A DNA stretch of 64,000 nucleotides. Source: Paraspadella gotoi (taxonomy: Eukaryota; Animalia; Chaetognatha). Numbering within the stretch: the stretch's first letter is position 1; every line of letters begins with the position of its first letter. Position numbers and translations under genes: made by a program. The notes beneath the pieces are model-generated. The model did not search any database, was not told the origin of the DNA, and was given only the letters and a program-made list of their open reading frames with translations. Below are positions 12,371-26,068 of the stretch, piece after piece. The stretch is taken from the NCBI GenBank assembly GCA_051294375.1, contig CM119270.1, positions 5,402,152-5,466,151 on the forward strand, written 5' to 3'.

Positions 12371-13850
12371 GACATATCGTTTTCTGTTTACAAGTCTGAA
12401 ATATGGTGCCTGGAGTTCTCCTTTTTTCCTCGAGCCGATGGAAAAAGTATTCCATAGCAAAGGATTTTCGATTGAGTCATCTTTGTCGTCGTTGTTGTCG
12501 TTGTTGTTGTTGTCGTCGTTGTTGTTGTAGTTATCGACTGTTGCGATGATACTACTAGAAATAAATCTTCCGTTGACAGAGGGCGCGTGTAGAAGGGGCG
12601 TGCCACTAGTTAGAACGTCATTGGATGCCAGACGGACGACCACCGCCCACTGTTGGCGAGAAAGAGCAATTGTTTAAACCCGACCGACAGACCGACCAAG
12701 GACCGACGAAGGGGAGGGAATGACAAGTGACGTGTCGTTGACGACGACGACGACGACGACTGCCAACCAACAGTGACATCTCGTCTTGACGCAAAAACAA
12801 GAAACATCTTTCTATTTCTTTTTTTTTTCCTTTTTCTTTTTATTGTTTTCTGGAAAAGAATTTCAAGCATCTTTTTTTCTTTCTTTTCGCTTTTGCTTTT
12901 ATTTTTCATTTTTTGTTATTTTTATTTTTCTTTCTTTTTATCAAAGTGATGCATCTCAAGTTTATCGCCAATGATCACGAGAAAGTAAACTATTCTTTGT
13001 ACGCACCAAGAAATTAAAACAAGTCTTTTTTCTAATATTGAATTTAAATTAAAGAGTTAAGAAAATTAACCTAATTAACTCCAAAGGCAAAACGTTTCAT
13101 AATATCTTGTTTTAAAAGTTTTTTTTCTTTTTCTTTGTGACTGAAAAAGAAAAAGAAAAAACTTGTAGGGAGTTTTTGACACCTCGTGTCGATTTTCACC
13201 AACTGACCTTGAAAACGTCAACAATGGAAACAGCAACAACATTGAGGAACGACGATAACGACGACGACGACAGCGACGACGACGACGACGTCTAAACCGA
13301 AAACAAGACCAACAAAAGACGGGAATTCGAAATGACGCGTGGACGATGTCAACAGCGATTCTCTTTCGCTTTTATTCTGTATACAGATCTTTTATTTTTT
13401 AGTCCGTTCGTCAATCCGTCCGTCTTTATCTTTGGGCGCCGTGTATGTAAGCCCAAGGATTTGTGAGACAATTAAGATTATGGCGAAAACAAGAAAGGAA
13501 GAAGACTGCGAAAAGTGCACTCGAGAAGAGAAAAGAGGGAAAATTTGGAAGGAAAAAAAAGGAAAGAAAAAAGAAAGAATGAAAAAAAGAAAAATGGAGA
13601 ATGGAGAGGCTGTAAAAAAACATGGATGACTTGTTTTATCGATTTTTGGCGACTCTTCTTTTTTTTCTTTCTGAAACTGGAATTATTTATTTATTTTTTT
13701 TTTTTTTAATTTTTTTGTTCTGGTTTTTGATGTTGATTCGTTTAGTCTTTATTGGGGGTGAAAGAGAAAAGAGGGAAAGAAACAAAAACATGTAAATAAT
13801 AAAGAACAAAAAAAATAAAAATAGTATAAGAAAAAAAACACATTTAGAGG

Positions 13851-13937
13851 AATTGAAACAGTTCATAAAACATTTTACCACTTCAAGGACTGTTAGATAG
13901 TCTTGATTGTAAGCTTGCAGGGTTATTATCTTGTAAG
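13851..13937 (+). repeat. Dispersed repeat, copy 2 (internally deleted)
   Basis: GACTGTTAGATAGTCTTGATTGTAAGCTTGCAGGG...ATTATCTTGTAAG matches copy 1. Confidence 0.7.
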
Positions 13938-15282
13938 CTTGCTTGTCACAGGCAAGATAGACTATGAATGACGAAGAATGGATAATTTTCATATTCGTTA
14001 TAATACGAATTTCACATAATTTCAAATAATATATATTTAAAATATGTATAAAAGAATTCAAAGTGAAACTGTAAAACGGAAAGACAGGACAACAAGGCAA
14101 AGTAATATTAAAAAGAAAAGCAGAAATATAATTTAAAAAAAAAAGAAGAAAAGTAATAAGAATTATTGGAGAAGGAAAAATGGAGGCGGAAAGACAACAA
14201 ATGAACTGAGAAAAAGTGAAAGTGAAAGAGAAAGAGAAAGTGAAAGAGAAGAGAAATGAGAAAAAAAAACGTCGCCTTTTGTTCGGAAAATGAAGGAGAA
14301 AAAAACTAAAAACAAAAAAAACAACAATAAAAAACAAAAAAACAAAAAAGACAATGGTTGTTAGTCTCTAGAGTCTTTTTTCAGCTTTTTTCTCGCCTTT
14401 TTTTGTTTTTGGGAGAAAAATATACGTTTGGTTTTGCTTTTTTTAATTTTTTTATTTTGGTTTTAATTTTTCTTAATTAGAAAAAAAGGCGAGCGCAAGA
14501 AAAGTCTTCTTTTATCGGTCAATTTAAGTATTTGTAATAAACTAATAGGTACTGATTAAGTTGAATCATCTTTGAATTAAAATAATCAATAGAATATGAC
14601 AAAGAACTCGGCGAAATCCGTAACAGAAACAAAAGACAAAATTGACATATTGAAACGAAAAGGAAACTACGTAATAAACGAAACGTTACACATTGAAACG
14701 CTAAATCTCGATCTCACGTCCCTAATAGCAGAAATGTCACGGACAGTAAATTGCATCTCTTCCCATTAAACTTTAACTCCTCGTAAATTCTCTTCGGAAA
14801 AAAATGTTGCAGCTGTTGAAGGAAGTCCAGGACGATGACGACGATGACGACGACGACGACGACGACGACGAAACTAATGACGAAAAAATATACACAGAAA
14901 GAAAGTAAAGGATGATTTTCTCCAAATTACTTTTTGGTTAAATAAAGATTAATGACAACGACGACTTAAGTGGCCATTCGATAATGCAGACGACAACGAA
15001 GACAACAACGACGTAAACAAAAGCTACCAAATCTCCGCAAACTCGGGAGAAAGAAAAGAAACAAATTTTAATGACAAAGATGCAGATCTAAATGACAATC
15101 AATGATATTGAATGACAAAGAAAAGCAGATTTCAATGGCCGATGCCCAAGAAGGTCTTGGAATCAAAGACAAAGTCATTTGACGTCCGTTGAGGTCGCGA
15201 GGGAAGAAAAGGAAAATGGGGAGAATGAATCATTTGGCGCCGAAATGAATACGAGGCTGAGAAGGTTGGAAAGTTGGTGGAG

Positions 15283-15355
<73 letters not shown>

Positions 15356-15447
15356 TTGTCAAAAAGACAACAGTCAGCGCTTTTTATTTTGCTTTTTTTA
15401 TGAATAGATTAAAGTTTTAGATTAAAGCTAATAAACACGATTTTCGG

Positions 15448-15526
<79 letters not shown>

Positions 15527-16449
15527 AATAAAAGCTTCTCGTTCAAAACGAAGGACGAGAGAACATTTTTTTTACTATGTCTTGGGTCATAAAGAATTTT
15601 TCAACTCGGATTTTTTATTGTCAATTTTTATTCGTATCATTTCGTCACATCTCGATTTCTTTTTCAAAATCCTTTGCAAGTGTTTCTCCTTTACATCTTC
15701 CATTTTCCCGCCATTTTTCACGATATATTTATTGACTTTAACGTTTTCTTTTTCAATCTCGTGTAAACTTACTTTGTTTCCCTTCACCTTCTTCCTCCTT
15801 TCTCTTATTTTCCTCTTTCTAAATCTCTCTGGTTCATCTTCCATTCTTTTCCAGCCCTTCTCCACCCTCGCACAGTCTCTCTCTCCCTCTAATGTCTTCC
15901 CTTCCCCTCTCCCTCTTTATGATATCCTCCCTTCCTCTCTCATCCCTTTTTTTATCGCTTCCCTTCCCCTCTCTTTTCTCCCTCTTTATGATATCTTAAT
16001 TTTCTCTATCATCTCTTCTCCCTCCCTCTTATATCTTCCCTTCCCCTATCATCTCCTCTCTTTTCCACTAACCTCCTCTCCTCTCCCTCCCATCGCTCCT
16101 CTCTCCCCCTTCCTTTCATTCTTTTCTTTTTTATCCCTTTCACCGTTTCCCTCCTCATTCCGTCCTTTCCTTATTTCTTTTATGTATTTCTTCCTTTGTT
16201 ATTTTCTTTCTCTGAACTCTTCCCTAATCCCCTTACATTCTCTCATTCCAAACCATTACTACCAACCCATTCACCCAACTTGTCTCACCACCCCTACCAT
16301 TCTCTCCAACCCCACTTTTTCTCCACCCCCCAACCCCATCGAATCGTCGTCTATTTCTCTTCTTCGCATCGAAGCTTCGATTTCCGTCGAGTGAAAAATC
16401 CATCTCGACCGCTTTTCGGTCCATCAGTCGCGTCGCCGCCGAACTCACG

Positions 16450-16533
<84 letters not shown>

Positions 16534-18314
16534 CCCACTAGGGGCTACCAGCAAAAACAAAAAAAATAAATATTTAAAATATAGCGAGACCATTTGGTTA
16601 TATAGACATTTACTAGAATACAGCCTCGAGGCATATTAACTTTATATTTTCATCAGTAAAATGACTAGTTAAAATCAGGTTTGCTCCAAAGTCACTTATT
16701 ACATGGATTGCACGGAGGGAAGATACGGATTTCTCGACAAGGTTCTCATTTTAAACCAAGTAAAATTAAATAAAAATATTAAAACATTGATTTAAGTTGA
16801 TTTGTTTATGTCATAAATTTTACAAATCAAGAGGAAAATGCTCATTTAAAAAAAGAAAATCAAAGTTAACAACTCAGTGAGTTTGCGTTCGTTATCTCTG
16901 CACTTATCAGTTTTTGTTCGGCGAAAACAAAACCATATAGTTAATATAGTTAATATTTTTAATGTATTATATTTTCTTATAACGAGATTTTTTTTGTATC
17001 GATACAAAAAGAAACTAAAAATGATATGGTGAAATTCAGGGCTTGATTGGAAGCAGGAATGAATTATACTGCATAAACCAGTGGGTTGAAGTATTGTTAT
17101 TCTTAACGTTTCTTTCGCAATTAACAAGGCGCCCTGTTTTGAATACAGCCCATACTTACAAAAGGCACTAATTAACAGTGAGGGTTTCACAGTCACATGG
17201 AACGCTCCCCTAACAAGCCAAGTTTTGCTTCCTTTCCGCGTTGCAGTTAATTGCGAGCAAAGTTCAGCCCCATTTACATGCGACGCTCTATCGAGGAAAA
17301 AGCAAATCGAGGGTTTCCAAATCGCCTTCGTTTGCATTTAGCCCTTCGATAAGGAACGCGCCGCCAACCGGTCTATCTGCAACGAGTCTCTTGCTATTTT
17401 GTTTTTCATACGAATCACTGAATTAAGCGAAGATCATTCCATCTCGCGACTAAAACGAGTTTTCAGAACGAAAACAGATTTTCATCCGCGAGAAGGAAAG
17501 AAAGGAGAGAAAGAAAGACGGAAACCTGGAATCTGGCGACCGCTCTGAAAATTGGATTTGTTTATTATTGATTAGGAAGATTAATTTTGCAAATAGCTAG
17601 ACTCTAGATTTGTTTTTGGGCCCGATATATTCCATATATACTACTATATATACTATAAATTTTTTAAGCCGAATTCTAGCAAATAATAATATCTAAGGTT
17701 AGGTTTAATTTAAGGCAAACGTCCTGTCTAAAATTGAAATTAATTTGGGAAAATAAATACTTTCTACCCACAAAAGATAAGGAGATATCAACTTCTATTA
17801 ACTTATTGGCCAAAAACCTTCAACTCACCCAACCACCCTCTCACATCTCGACCCAGCTCCGACTCACACTTCAAGCTCTCACAAGTTCCTCATTTCGATG
17901 CGAGTGTTAAAGACAAAGTCAAGTCAAACCCGAAGGTGGAGACAAACAAATACACAAAGCCTTTGGGCTTTTGTCCGATTCTTTCTCGAACGCTGTATTT
18001 TCCCTTTTCTCTTTTACTTTTCTCTACCCATCAAATTTTTTGTCCCTTAACCATCAAATATTTTGGCCATTACCCAACAACTTTTTTGGCTCTTACCAGT
18101 CAAATTTTTTGGCCCTTACCCATCAAATTGTCCCTTTCTGATACCGCTCTCACTTCATCTCGTTAACCTTAATCACATTTACTCTCTCTTCATTTTTCAT
18201 CTTCCTTATTTCTTGTTTCTTAATTCCTGTTTCCTCTCTCTCTTTCTTTCCGTATTTATACTCCCCTCACCAACTTCTCTCTGTATCCCTCCCCCTCTCC
18301 ATCCCCTTTCACTT

Positions 18315-18690
18315 AACCTTCAATGTTGTTCTACCTCGTTCTCCTCTTCACAAAAGGCAGTACCCCTCCCCTCCTCATTCTCCTCTTCACAAAAGTCATT
18401 GTCTCCCTCCCTCCCTCCCCTCCCTTCACCTTCAACCTTGTTCTTCCTCATTCTCCTCTTCACAAAAGTCATTGTCTCCCTCTCTCCCTCCCCCTCCTTT
18501 CACAATCAATCTAGTTCTTCCTCGTTCTCTCTCACAAAAGTCATGTCTCCTCCTCCCTCCCCCTCCTTTCACAATCAATCTAGTTCTTCCTCGTTCTCCT
18601 CTTCACAAAAGTCATTGTCTCCCTCCCTCCCTCCCCCTCCCTTCACCTTCAATCTTGTTCTTCCTCGTTCTCCTCTTCACAAAAGGCAAG
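18315..18690. repeat. ~65-70-bp minisatellite overlapping the 3' end of exon 2 of the second gene
   Basis: TTCTCCTCTTCACAAAAG(T/G)CA recurs 6 times. Confidence 0.85.
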
Positions 18691-19566
18691 GAGGCGAATG
18701 TGACGGAAGGAGACAAATTTTCGTTCTTCAACTCGAAATTGAGATCAAGAGGAGGAAGACTTTGACCCGGGCGACGTTCTCCCGAGCGTTCTTCGGTCAA
18801 GTGGCGTTCTTCCAAATGCCGTTCTTCCAAATGCCGTTCTTCTAAACGCCGTTCTTCCAAGCGGCGCGGTTTCGATTCCTGATGATTCATCCATTCGTCT
18901 TCGTCTTCGTCTTCGTCTTCGTCTTCGTCTTCGTCGTCGTCATCATCAACGTTTGGTCGACGAGAGACGCGTTTCTGAAACTTTTCTTCCGATTTCACCT
19001 CCGGTTTCACTTCCGTTTGCTGCCGCGTCGCCGCCGCGGCCTCTTCCGACGCAGCTGTCGACGCCATTGCCGACCCCGCTACCGACTCCGCCCCCAAATC
19101 GTTAGCATCCCTTGCAATCTCGTTTCTCGTAGAACCGGCGCTCTTTACTTTCGTCCCGGCGCCGGTTGAACCAGAATCGGCGTCGCTTTTTTCTTTATTC
19201 CGGAATTTCGGGTCGACGCCGCCGGTGGAGACGTGGACGAAGAGTTTCCCGGCGCCGGAAGGAGTCGGGGTTGGAGACGAAGATGATGACGACGACGACG
19301 ACGACGACGACGTCGGATTCTGGTCGACGGAAATTCTTTGTCTTTCGTTCGAATTTCGTCGCTCGGAAGATCGATGTCGTTGTCGTCGTTGTTGTTGTTG
19401 TTCTCGTCGTTGTTGTTGTTGTCGTTCTCGTTCCTTTTTCTCGTTTCGCCGATCGATTTGTTTGAGGTGACAGTTTCGACTTTCTTCTTCTTCTTCGTCG
19501 TTGTTAACAACGACGTCCTCCTCGTCCTCCTCGTCCTCTTTAACGGAATTCCAAGTCACGACGGAA
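18647..19566 (-). CDS. Exon 2 of an uncharacterised secreted or membrane protein (acidic, Q/R-rich low-complexity region, LEERH repeats)
   Basis: TTTTCAG acceptor whose phase 2 matches the exon 1 donor, ~305 open codons, GC-rich. The donor G|GTGAAG at 18646 is tentative (phase 1, compatible with the FN3 exon). Confidence 0.6.
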
Positions 19567-19589
19567 CTGAAAAGCTTTTCGGGTCTTGA

Positions 19590-20042
19590 GAGGTGAGTGG
19601 TGAGTGGTAAGGGGTAAGTGGTGAGCGGGGAGAGTGAGTGGTGAGGGGTGAGGGGTGAGTGGTGAAGGGTGAGGCGAGAGTGGTGAGTGGTGATTGAGGA
19701 AAGTGAGTGGTGAGGGGTGAGTGGTGAGGAGTGAGTGGTGAGAGGTGAGTGATGAGGAGTGAAGGAAGAGTGGTGAGTGGGGAGAGTGAGTGGTGAGGGG
19801 TGAGGGGTGAGTGGTAAAGGGTGAGGGAGAGTGTTGATGTTGAGGATGGAAGAGTGAGTGGTGAGGGGTGAGGAGTGAAGGATGAGTGGTGGGTGGTGAG
19901 GGGTGAGAGGTGAAGGGTGAGTGGTGAGGAGTGAGTGGTGAGGAGTGAACGGTGTGTGGTGAGGGGTGAGTGATGAGTGGTGAGGAGTGAAGGGTGTGTG
20001 GTGAGGAGTGAAGGATTAGTGGTGGGTGGTGAGTGGTGAGGG
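19590..20042. repeat. Degenerate (GGTGAG/GTGAGT)n G-rich tandem repeat abutting the exon 2 acceptor
   Basis: Direct reading. Confidence 0.9.
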
Positions 20043-20696
20043 GAGAGGGATGAAGAAGGCGGAGAAAACAGGGGCGAAGCAGTGGCAGGGGTGTGGAAGG
20101 GGGGGAGATAATAACAAGATTAATAAATGATCATTCGGTGATGCCGAGTTGCGTTGGATACAAAAGGACCCAATGGATATTTGACATCCGATATTATCCA
20201 GAAAAATTCGCTGAAATCGGCTTTTTTTTTTATTCCCAATAGCAAATTTTTGTTAGTTTTTATGTTTGTTTTATTGGGTTTTGACTTTTGATATGTACGT
20301 CGCTTTTTTTATTAAATCGCTTTCGGTCAAAAAACGCTCTTCTACGGTTTATGAAATAATTATATACAACCGAAGGGACATAGATCAACAGAATGCATAC
20401 ACTCATATAGATTTATACATTATACAGTCTATACAGCCGCTTAAATGTGGATTGAGGTCCCCGACTAATCTTTATAAAGTTCCATTAACTGTCGACACCA
20501 ATTCAATTTCAGCCAATCAGGTTACATCACAAAATCGTTTGTTTCGTCGCCTTTATCCGTCGTCAATGCAGACAACCTATAACCGAATAATAAATAACAC
20601 GTAACTGGGTTACATCCGGGAGAAGGGGAGAGGGATTCTCGCTGTCTCAGCGCGAATTTTGACGCAACCAAACAATGAAAATTGGAAAAGAGCGAT

Positions 20697-20793
<97 letters not shown>

Positions 20794-21092
20794 AAGAAAT
20801 GTTTTTCTTTCATTTATATCCAAAAGTTGAAAACCGATGTCACCAAATTAAAGTCAAAAAACAAAACACAAAAAACACACACAAAAAAAAACAACAGCTA
20901 CATACCATCTCATGTATTTCCGTTTTTGTCACCCCAATAATTCGTTATAGGATCAAGTTTTCTAACCTCACTTTACTGTATAGTGTATACATTATAAAAT
21001 TTACATTAATACGAATTTTTACATTCTTCCCGCCACTCTCTCCATAAAAAATATAATTTTAAAATAAAATTAATTCTTCATTAAGTCCTCAC

Positions 21093-21599
21093 GTGGTCGT
21101 CGTCTCCCTTTTGTTTCCGATGACATTCGATATTTCGCTTCGGTTTCCCTCGACGCCGTCGGTGGCGCCGTAATCAGTCCTAGCGGCGTTGGAGGTGGCA
21201 TGGGAGGTGCTGGCGTTGTCTCCCCGACCGGCGCCGTCGCCTTTGAACGTCCGAAGTGACGCCGATGATTTTTGAAAGACGGATGACGACGACGACGACG
21301 TTAATGACGAAAGGGAAGACGCTTCGTTGTTTGCGCTTCGCCCGGCAACGGCGCCGTTTGTAGCCTCGCCTTCCGGCGCCCTCTTTATTGCGGCGTCGAT
21401 AAAAGTCGGCGTTGGCGACGTCGAGGCATCGACCGGCGCCTTTGTCGGCGAAGTCGTCGAGGTCGTCGTCTTTGTTGTCGTTGTAGTCTCCCGGAAAAAG
21501 GGTTCTCGGCCGGTGCTCCAGTCGACGCCGGAAATTCCACCGGAAATCGGCAGTGACGTCACAGTGATGATGAAGATTACGATCCAGATCGTCCGCGAG

Positions 21600-21664
<65 letters not shown>

Positions 21665-21691
21665 AGACAATTCGACTTTTCTCTTGACCAT
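21093..21691 (-). CDS. First coding exon of an uncharacterised protein with signal-peptide-like N-terminus and S/T-rich (mucin-like) region
   Basis: ATG in good context (AAATCATGG). MVKRKVEL-polyS-RTIWIVIFIITVTSLPISGGISG gives basic, hydrophobic and small-residue segments. Donor AC|GTGAGG, phase 2. Confidence 0.65.
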
Positions 21692-21745
21692 GATTTATGC
21701 GACCGCAGATTTGAGGAGATTTTTTATTTCCGTACTTTTTTTGCG

Positions 21746-21876
<131 letters not shown>

Positions 21877-23339
21877 TAATGATTTATGCTAAAGTTTCTC
21901 TTCCTCCTCCTCCTCCTCCTCTTCGTCTACAGACATAATCGTCTTTTTTTTGCCTCCTTCTCTGCACGGGGTTTCCAAATAAGTCAATAAATATGGTAAA
22001 TAACTTGCTAATGCTATTAAATAACGAAAAACTAATAGCTCGTGGTCGTATTATAAATTTACATATTACATACTATCTAATATTTAATTTGATAATCGTA
22101 TATATTGTTTCTCTCCTTTGATTCATTAACAATATATAAAAATAAATAAATATCAACAACGCGCAGATATTTATGATTTGATTAAAAACTGAAAATTCCG
22201 TGCGCGAGCCTTACACGAGACTTAATGGAAGTGTGAATGAAGAATGAACGAAGTAATGAACGAAAAACGAATCGAAGCGGAAACGAAGTGAGAACGAGAA
22301 GAAAATATATTTGAGGCCGAACGTTGTTTATCATTCACATCACGTGATCTTTTTTTTTCTTGGGGAGGGGATAGGGGGGGGGCGAATTGGAGGGGAGAGA
22401 GAGGGTCGGGATGGTGGAGGGGAGAGGGGGGCGGGATGGAGGAGGGGGAGAGAGGGAGATCGATGGTGAAAGGGAGGTTTAAAGGAGTCGATAGAGTTGA
22501 TGGGGTAGATGTGGTTGATAGAATTGTAGAATAGATGTTGAGGATTGGGTTGATGGAGTCGTCGAGGAGCCTAGATGGAATTGATGGGGTTAAGGAGTGA
22601 GGAAACAAAGATGTTGTTTGTCATTCGCCGTCGACGGAGACGAGAATCGAGTCGAGATGGCACCATCGATGCCATTTACATCCGGGAGAGATGGCATCGA
22701 AGTTTCAGTGAGCCGTTGAGATGGCAATCGAGTTTCCGTTGGATGAGCGATCATGATCCAGTTGAAAACCAGCGAAATCGGGATGAGATTATTTTTGTTT
22801 TGTTTTAAAAATACTTTCTAGGTACAACGGTTTCCATCCGGTTATTATAGATTAGTTTTTTTTATGCTAATAATTAAATTATTCACTTATAAGTTTAGCT
22901 TTAAGCCGATGCAGGATTTCAAGCTTCAAGCGCTGGTGTAATCCGGTTAAAAAGCGATTCGTAATTTAGTTGAAATAAATATCATAATTCAGTTGAGATG
23001 AATTAAATCTGTCATCTGGTTGAGAGGAAATTCGGTTTTTTTTTGTTTTTTTTAGTTAATATTTACCCTTCGATGTTTACTTTATTATAAAATTGTGCCA
23101 ACCGAGCTTCGACAAAGATTTTATTCCAAGGAGAAAGATATTTTTTTTATTTTTCGTTTTTTCTTCGAGATTATTTTTTTTTCTTCACGAGTCAAGTTGT
23201 TTCTTCTTTGTTCGAGACTTGTTTAGTAAATTAATATCTGTTTAAAATAAATGGGAACTTTAAACCGTAAGTGAGTTTTTTATGGATGAAAGAAAACTTT
23301 GTTATTGACCGAAAAGAGATTGGAAGGAGTGGCTGAAGG

Positions 23340-23408
<69 letters not shown>

Positions 23409-23646
23409 TACAAATTGAGGAAAAAAAATAAAGACTTAAAAAATATTTATAGAAAAAAAAATGAGAACATAAGAAACAGAGAGAATGAGAATCGGCGAAA
23501 TGGAAGAATTGCCAAAAGGGAATGAAAAAATGGAAAAATGGAAAATAAGGAAATGGACAAAAGGGAAATAAGAAAATGGGTTTTCTCGATGCGAAGGATT
23601 CTGAGTCTCTCTGGTTAATTCGAGAGTAGTTTCGACATATAGAAGA

Positions 23647-23754
<108 letters not shown>

Positions 23755-24010
23755 AAGAATCGTGTGAAAGACTCAAGATAAAGGAATTCTATATATTCGC
23801 GAATGGAGAACATGGTGATTCGTGAAGGTTCAAATATCTGATTTGCCAAAAGGTTTTTTTTCGACGGAATTTTCTAAATAATAAAAAGTAAAAATATAAT
23901 AAAAGAATTTAATTATAACGATTCAAAATTCAGTTGTAAAATATATAATATCTTAAGCTCATAAATGACCGTACTTGATAATTTGTTAATTAATTGTCAC
24001 TTTTTTTTTG

Positions 24011-24186
<176 letters not shown>

Positions 24187-24367
24187 CTTAGACCAAAAGT
24201 CGTCCCCAGTGAATACCAACTGAAAAATAACTTTGCGTTGTAGTTGTTGTTGTTGTTATACAAAAGCGATTGTTTATTCCATCCAGCGGCGGCGTCAGAG
24301 AAATAAAAGCAATTAAAAGCAAATAAAAGCAAAGCAAAACCAATACTACAAAAGAGTTACATACTTT

Positions 24368-24598
24368 ACATTCTTTTAAATATTATACCGCTTCATTGAT
24401 AGGGAAGCCGGGAGTGAATAAACGAGACTGTGAGAGAGTCTTGATTGAAAGCTTGCAGAGACCTGCTATGTCATTAACTTGTAAGAGTGATGGAGGCTTT
24501 AAACCACCAAAGCCTGTCCAAAGTCAGGGGAAAGATAGCCTATTTATTAAATGAATATATATTTTTTATATTGGTTGTAACAATTTCAGACATATATA
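24368..24598 (+). repeat. Dispersed repeat, copy 3
   Basis: Collinear with 505-742 with few substitutions. Confidence 0.85.
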
Positions 24599-25325
24599 TA
24601 GCGAACCAAAAAAACAAACAAACCAGAAAGTGGAAACATGAGCGAGAAGTGTGCGAACGGAAAGTCAGTCAGGGTTAAGTAAAAATTTCATCTTCCGCAT
24701 TTTTTCCCTCAAAATCCGGAGAGACTGCGCGCGCACGTGTTCGCATGATATTATGCAGTCACGATTGCGTTTCGTGTTCGCATCTACAGTCGAGGTCGAG
24801 GTTTACGATAAAAAGTTCGTCATTGAGTTTCAGAAAACATTTATAATACTGTTGGCTAACTTTGTGATAATAAGATTGTTAATCTCTCTTATATTTTCTT
24901 TTTCCTCTCTTTCCCTTTCTCCTTCTTCCTTCGCTCCTTCCCTTCCTCCGCCTATTGCTCATGGAACCATCCGTGTTTGTAAACGTAATTGTTTTCCTGA
25001 TTGCCAAGTGAATTAAGCGTCGGCGTGGATTAGACGTTGTTAACAGTTGTCTTTAAAAAAAAATAAAGAAAAAAGGAACGAGCTCGACGTTTTCATTCCA
25101 ACATTGACGGTTTTACACGTTGCGGTTCGACCGATGGCACCGACCACTGCAATGGCGCCGTCGGATGGCATCGACGCTCCTCCCGACGCGGGCGTCTCTC
25201 ATGATGGCATCAATCCATTTACGCGGGCCGGGTTCTTTATTTTTTTCGATCACTGTGCCAAGTTGCAAACTCTCTTTTCCGCGCGTTTTATTTCTTCCTC
25301 GTTACGACGAGGTAGTAATCTGGGT

Positions 25326-25845
25326 GCTATTTTCCGAAACCGCTCCATTTCTGTTCCTAATCCCTGAACTTGATTATAACCCTGATAATTAAGCCTAATT
25401 TTTTTTTAAACTTCAGCAGAACCTTAAGCGTTATCTTATAACCTAACCTAAAACGTAATATTAAGCCTTACCATAATCTTTAAAAATATAAAAAAAACTT
25501 TAATTCTAAATTTAAGCTAAAATGGAGCACTTTTAAATTAAAATTGTCAGATTAATTTTTTTTAAATTAATTTTTATTCTATTCTTTACCCTAAATATAT
25601 TTTTAAACTTATTAACTACTCCTTAACCTTAACTTAATCTTAAACCTTAATTTTAAACCTTAACTCTAACCTATATCCCTGAATGCTTATCCCTAACCTA
25701 AATCTCTAACCTTAATCATATAGCAATTCCCTTACCTTATTAAATAATATAATATTTTTCCTAATCCATAATCTTAACCTTTAACTATAAAAATGAACTT
25801 AATTCCGAATTTAAGATAAAATGGGGCGTTTTGGGAAAATAAGGC
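25326..25845. mobile_element. MITE-like element, ~25-bp imperfect TIRs, degenerate CCTAA/CCTTAA internal repeats
   Basis: Left GCTATTTTCCGAAACCGCTCCATTT (25326-25350) is the inverted partner of AAATGGGGCGTTTTGGGAAAATAAGGC (25819-25845). The same end occurs at 11577-11597 and 52025-52050. Confidence 0.7.
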
Positions 25846-26010
25846 TGGATGCCTTTGCTTTGGGATTCAATCGACTGAGAGATGAGAGCCGATTGATTTT
25901 TTTTTGGGGGGGGGAAATTGAGTTGTCTCAATGAGCTCTCATCAAAGCCAAAATGGATTTTGCAAAGGTGTGGTTTGAGTAAGTTAAGGGAGGTTTTGGA
26001 TTGACTAATT

Positions 26011-26068
<58 letters not shown>

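Noticed and set aside
11597-12650. D/N/T-rich and V/I-rich ORFs, and a possible exon at 12650-12389
   Set aside because: GAC/GAT/AAC low-complexity sequence with stops in the acidic frame. The candidate exon is phase 0 and does not fit the flanking phase-1 exons, so it is unsupported without RNA data.
25400-25790. Interstitial telomeric repeats
   Set aside because: Highly degenerate CCTAA/CCTTAA units internal to a MITE, not a perfect telomere array.
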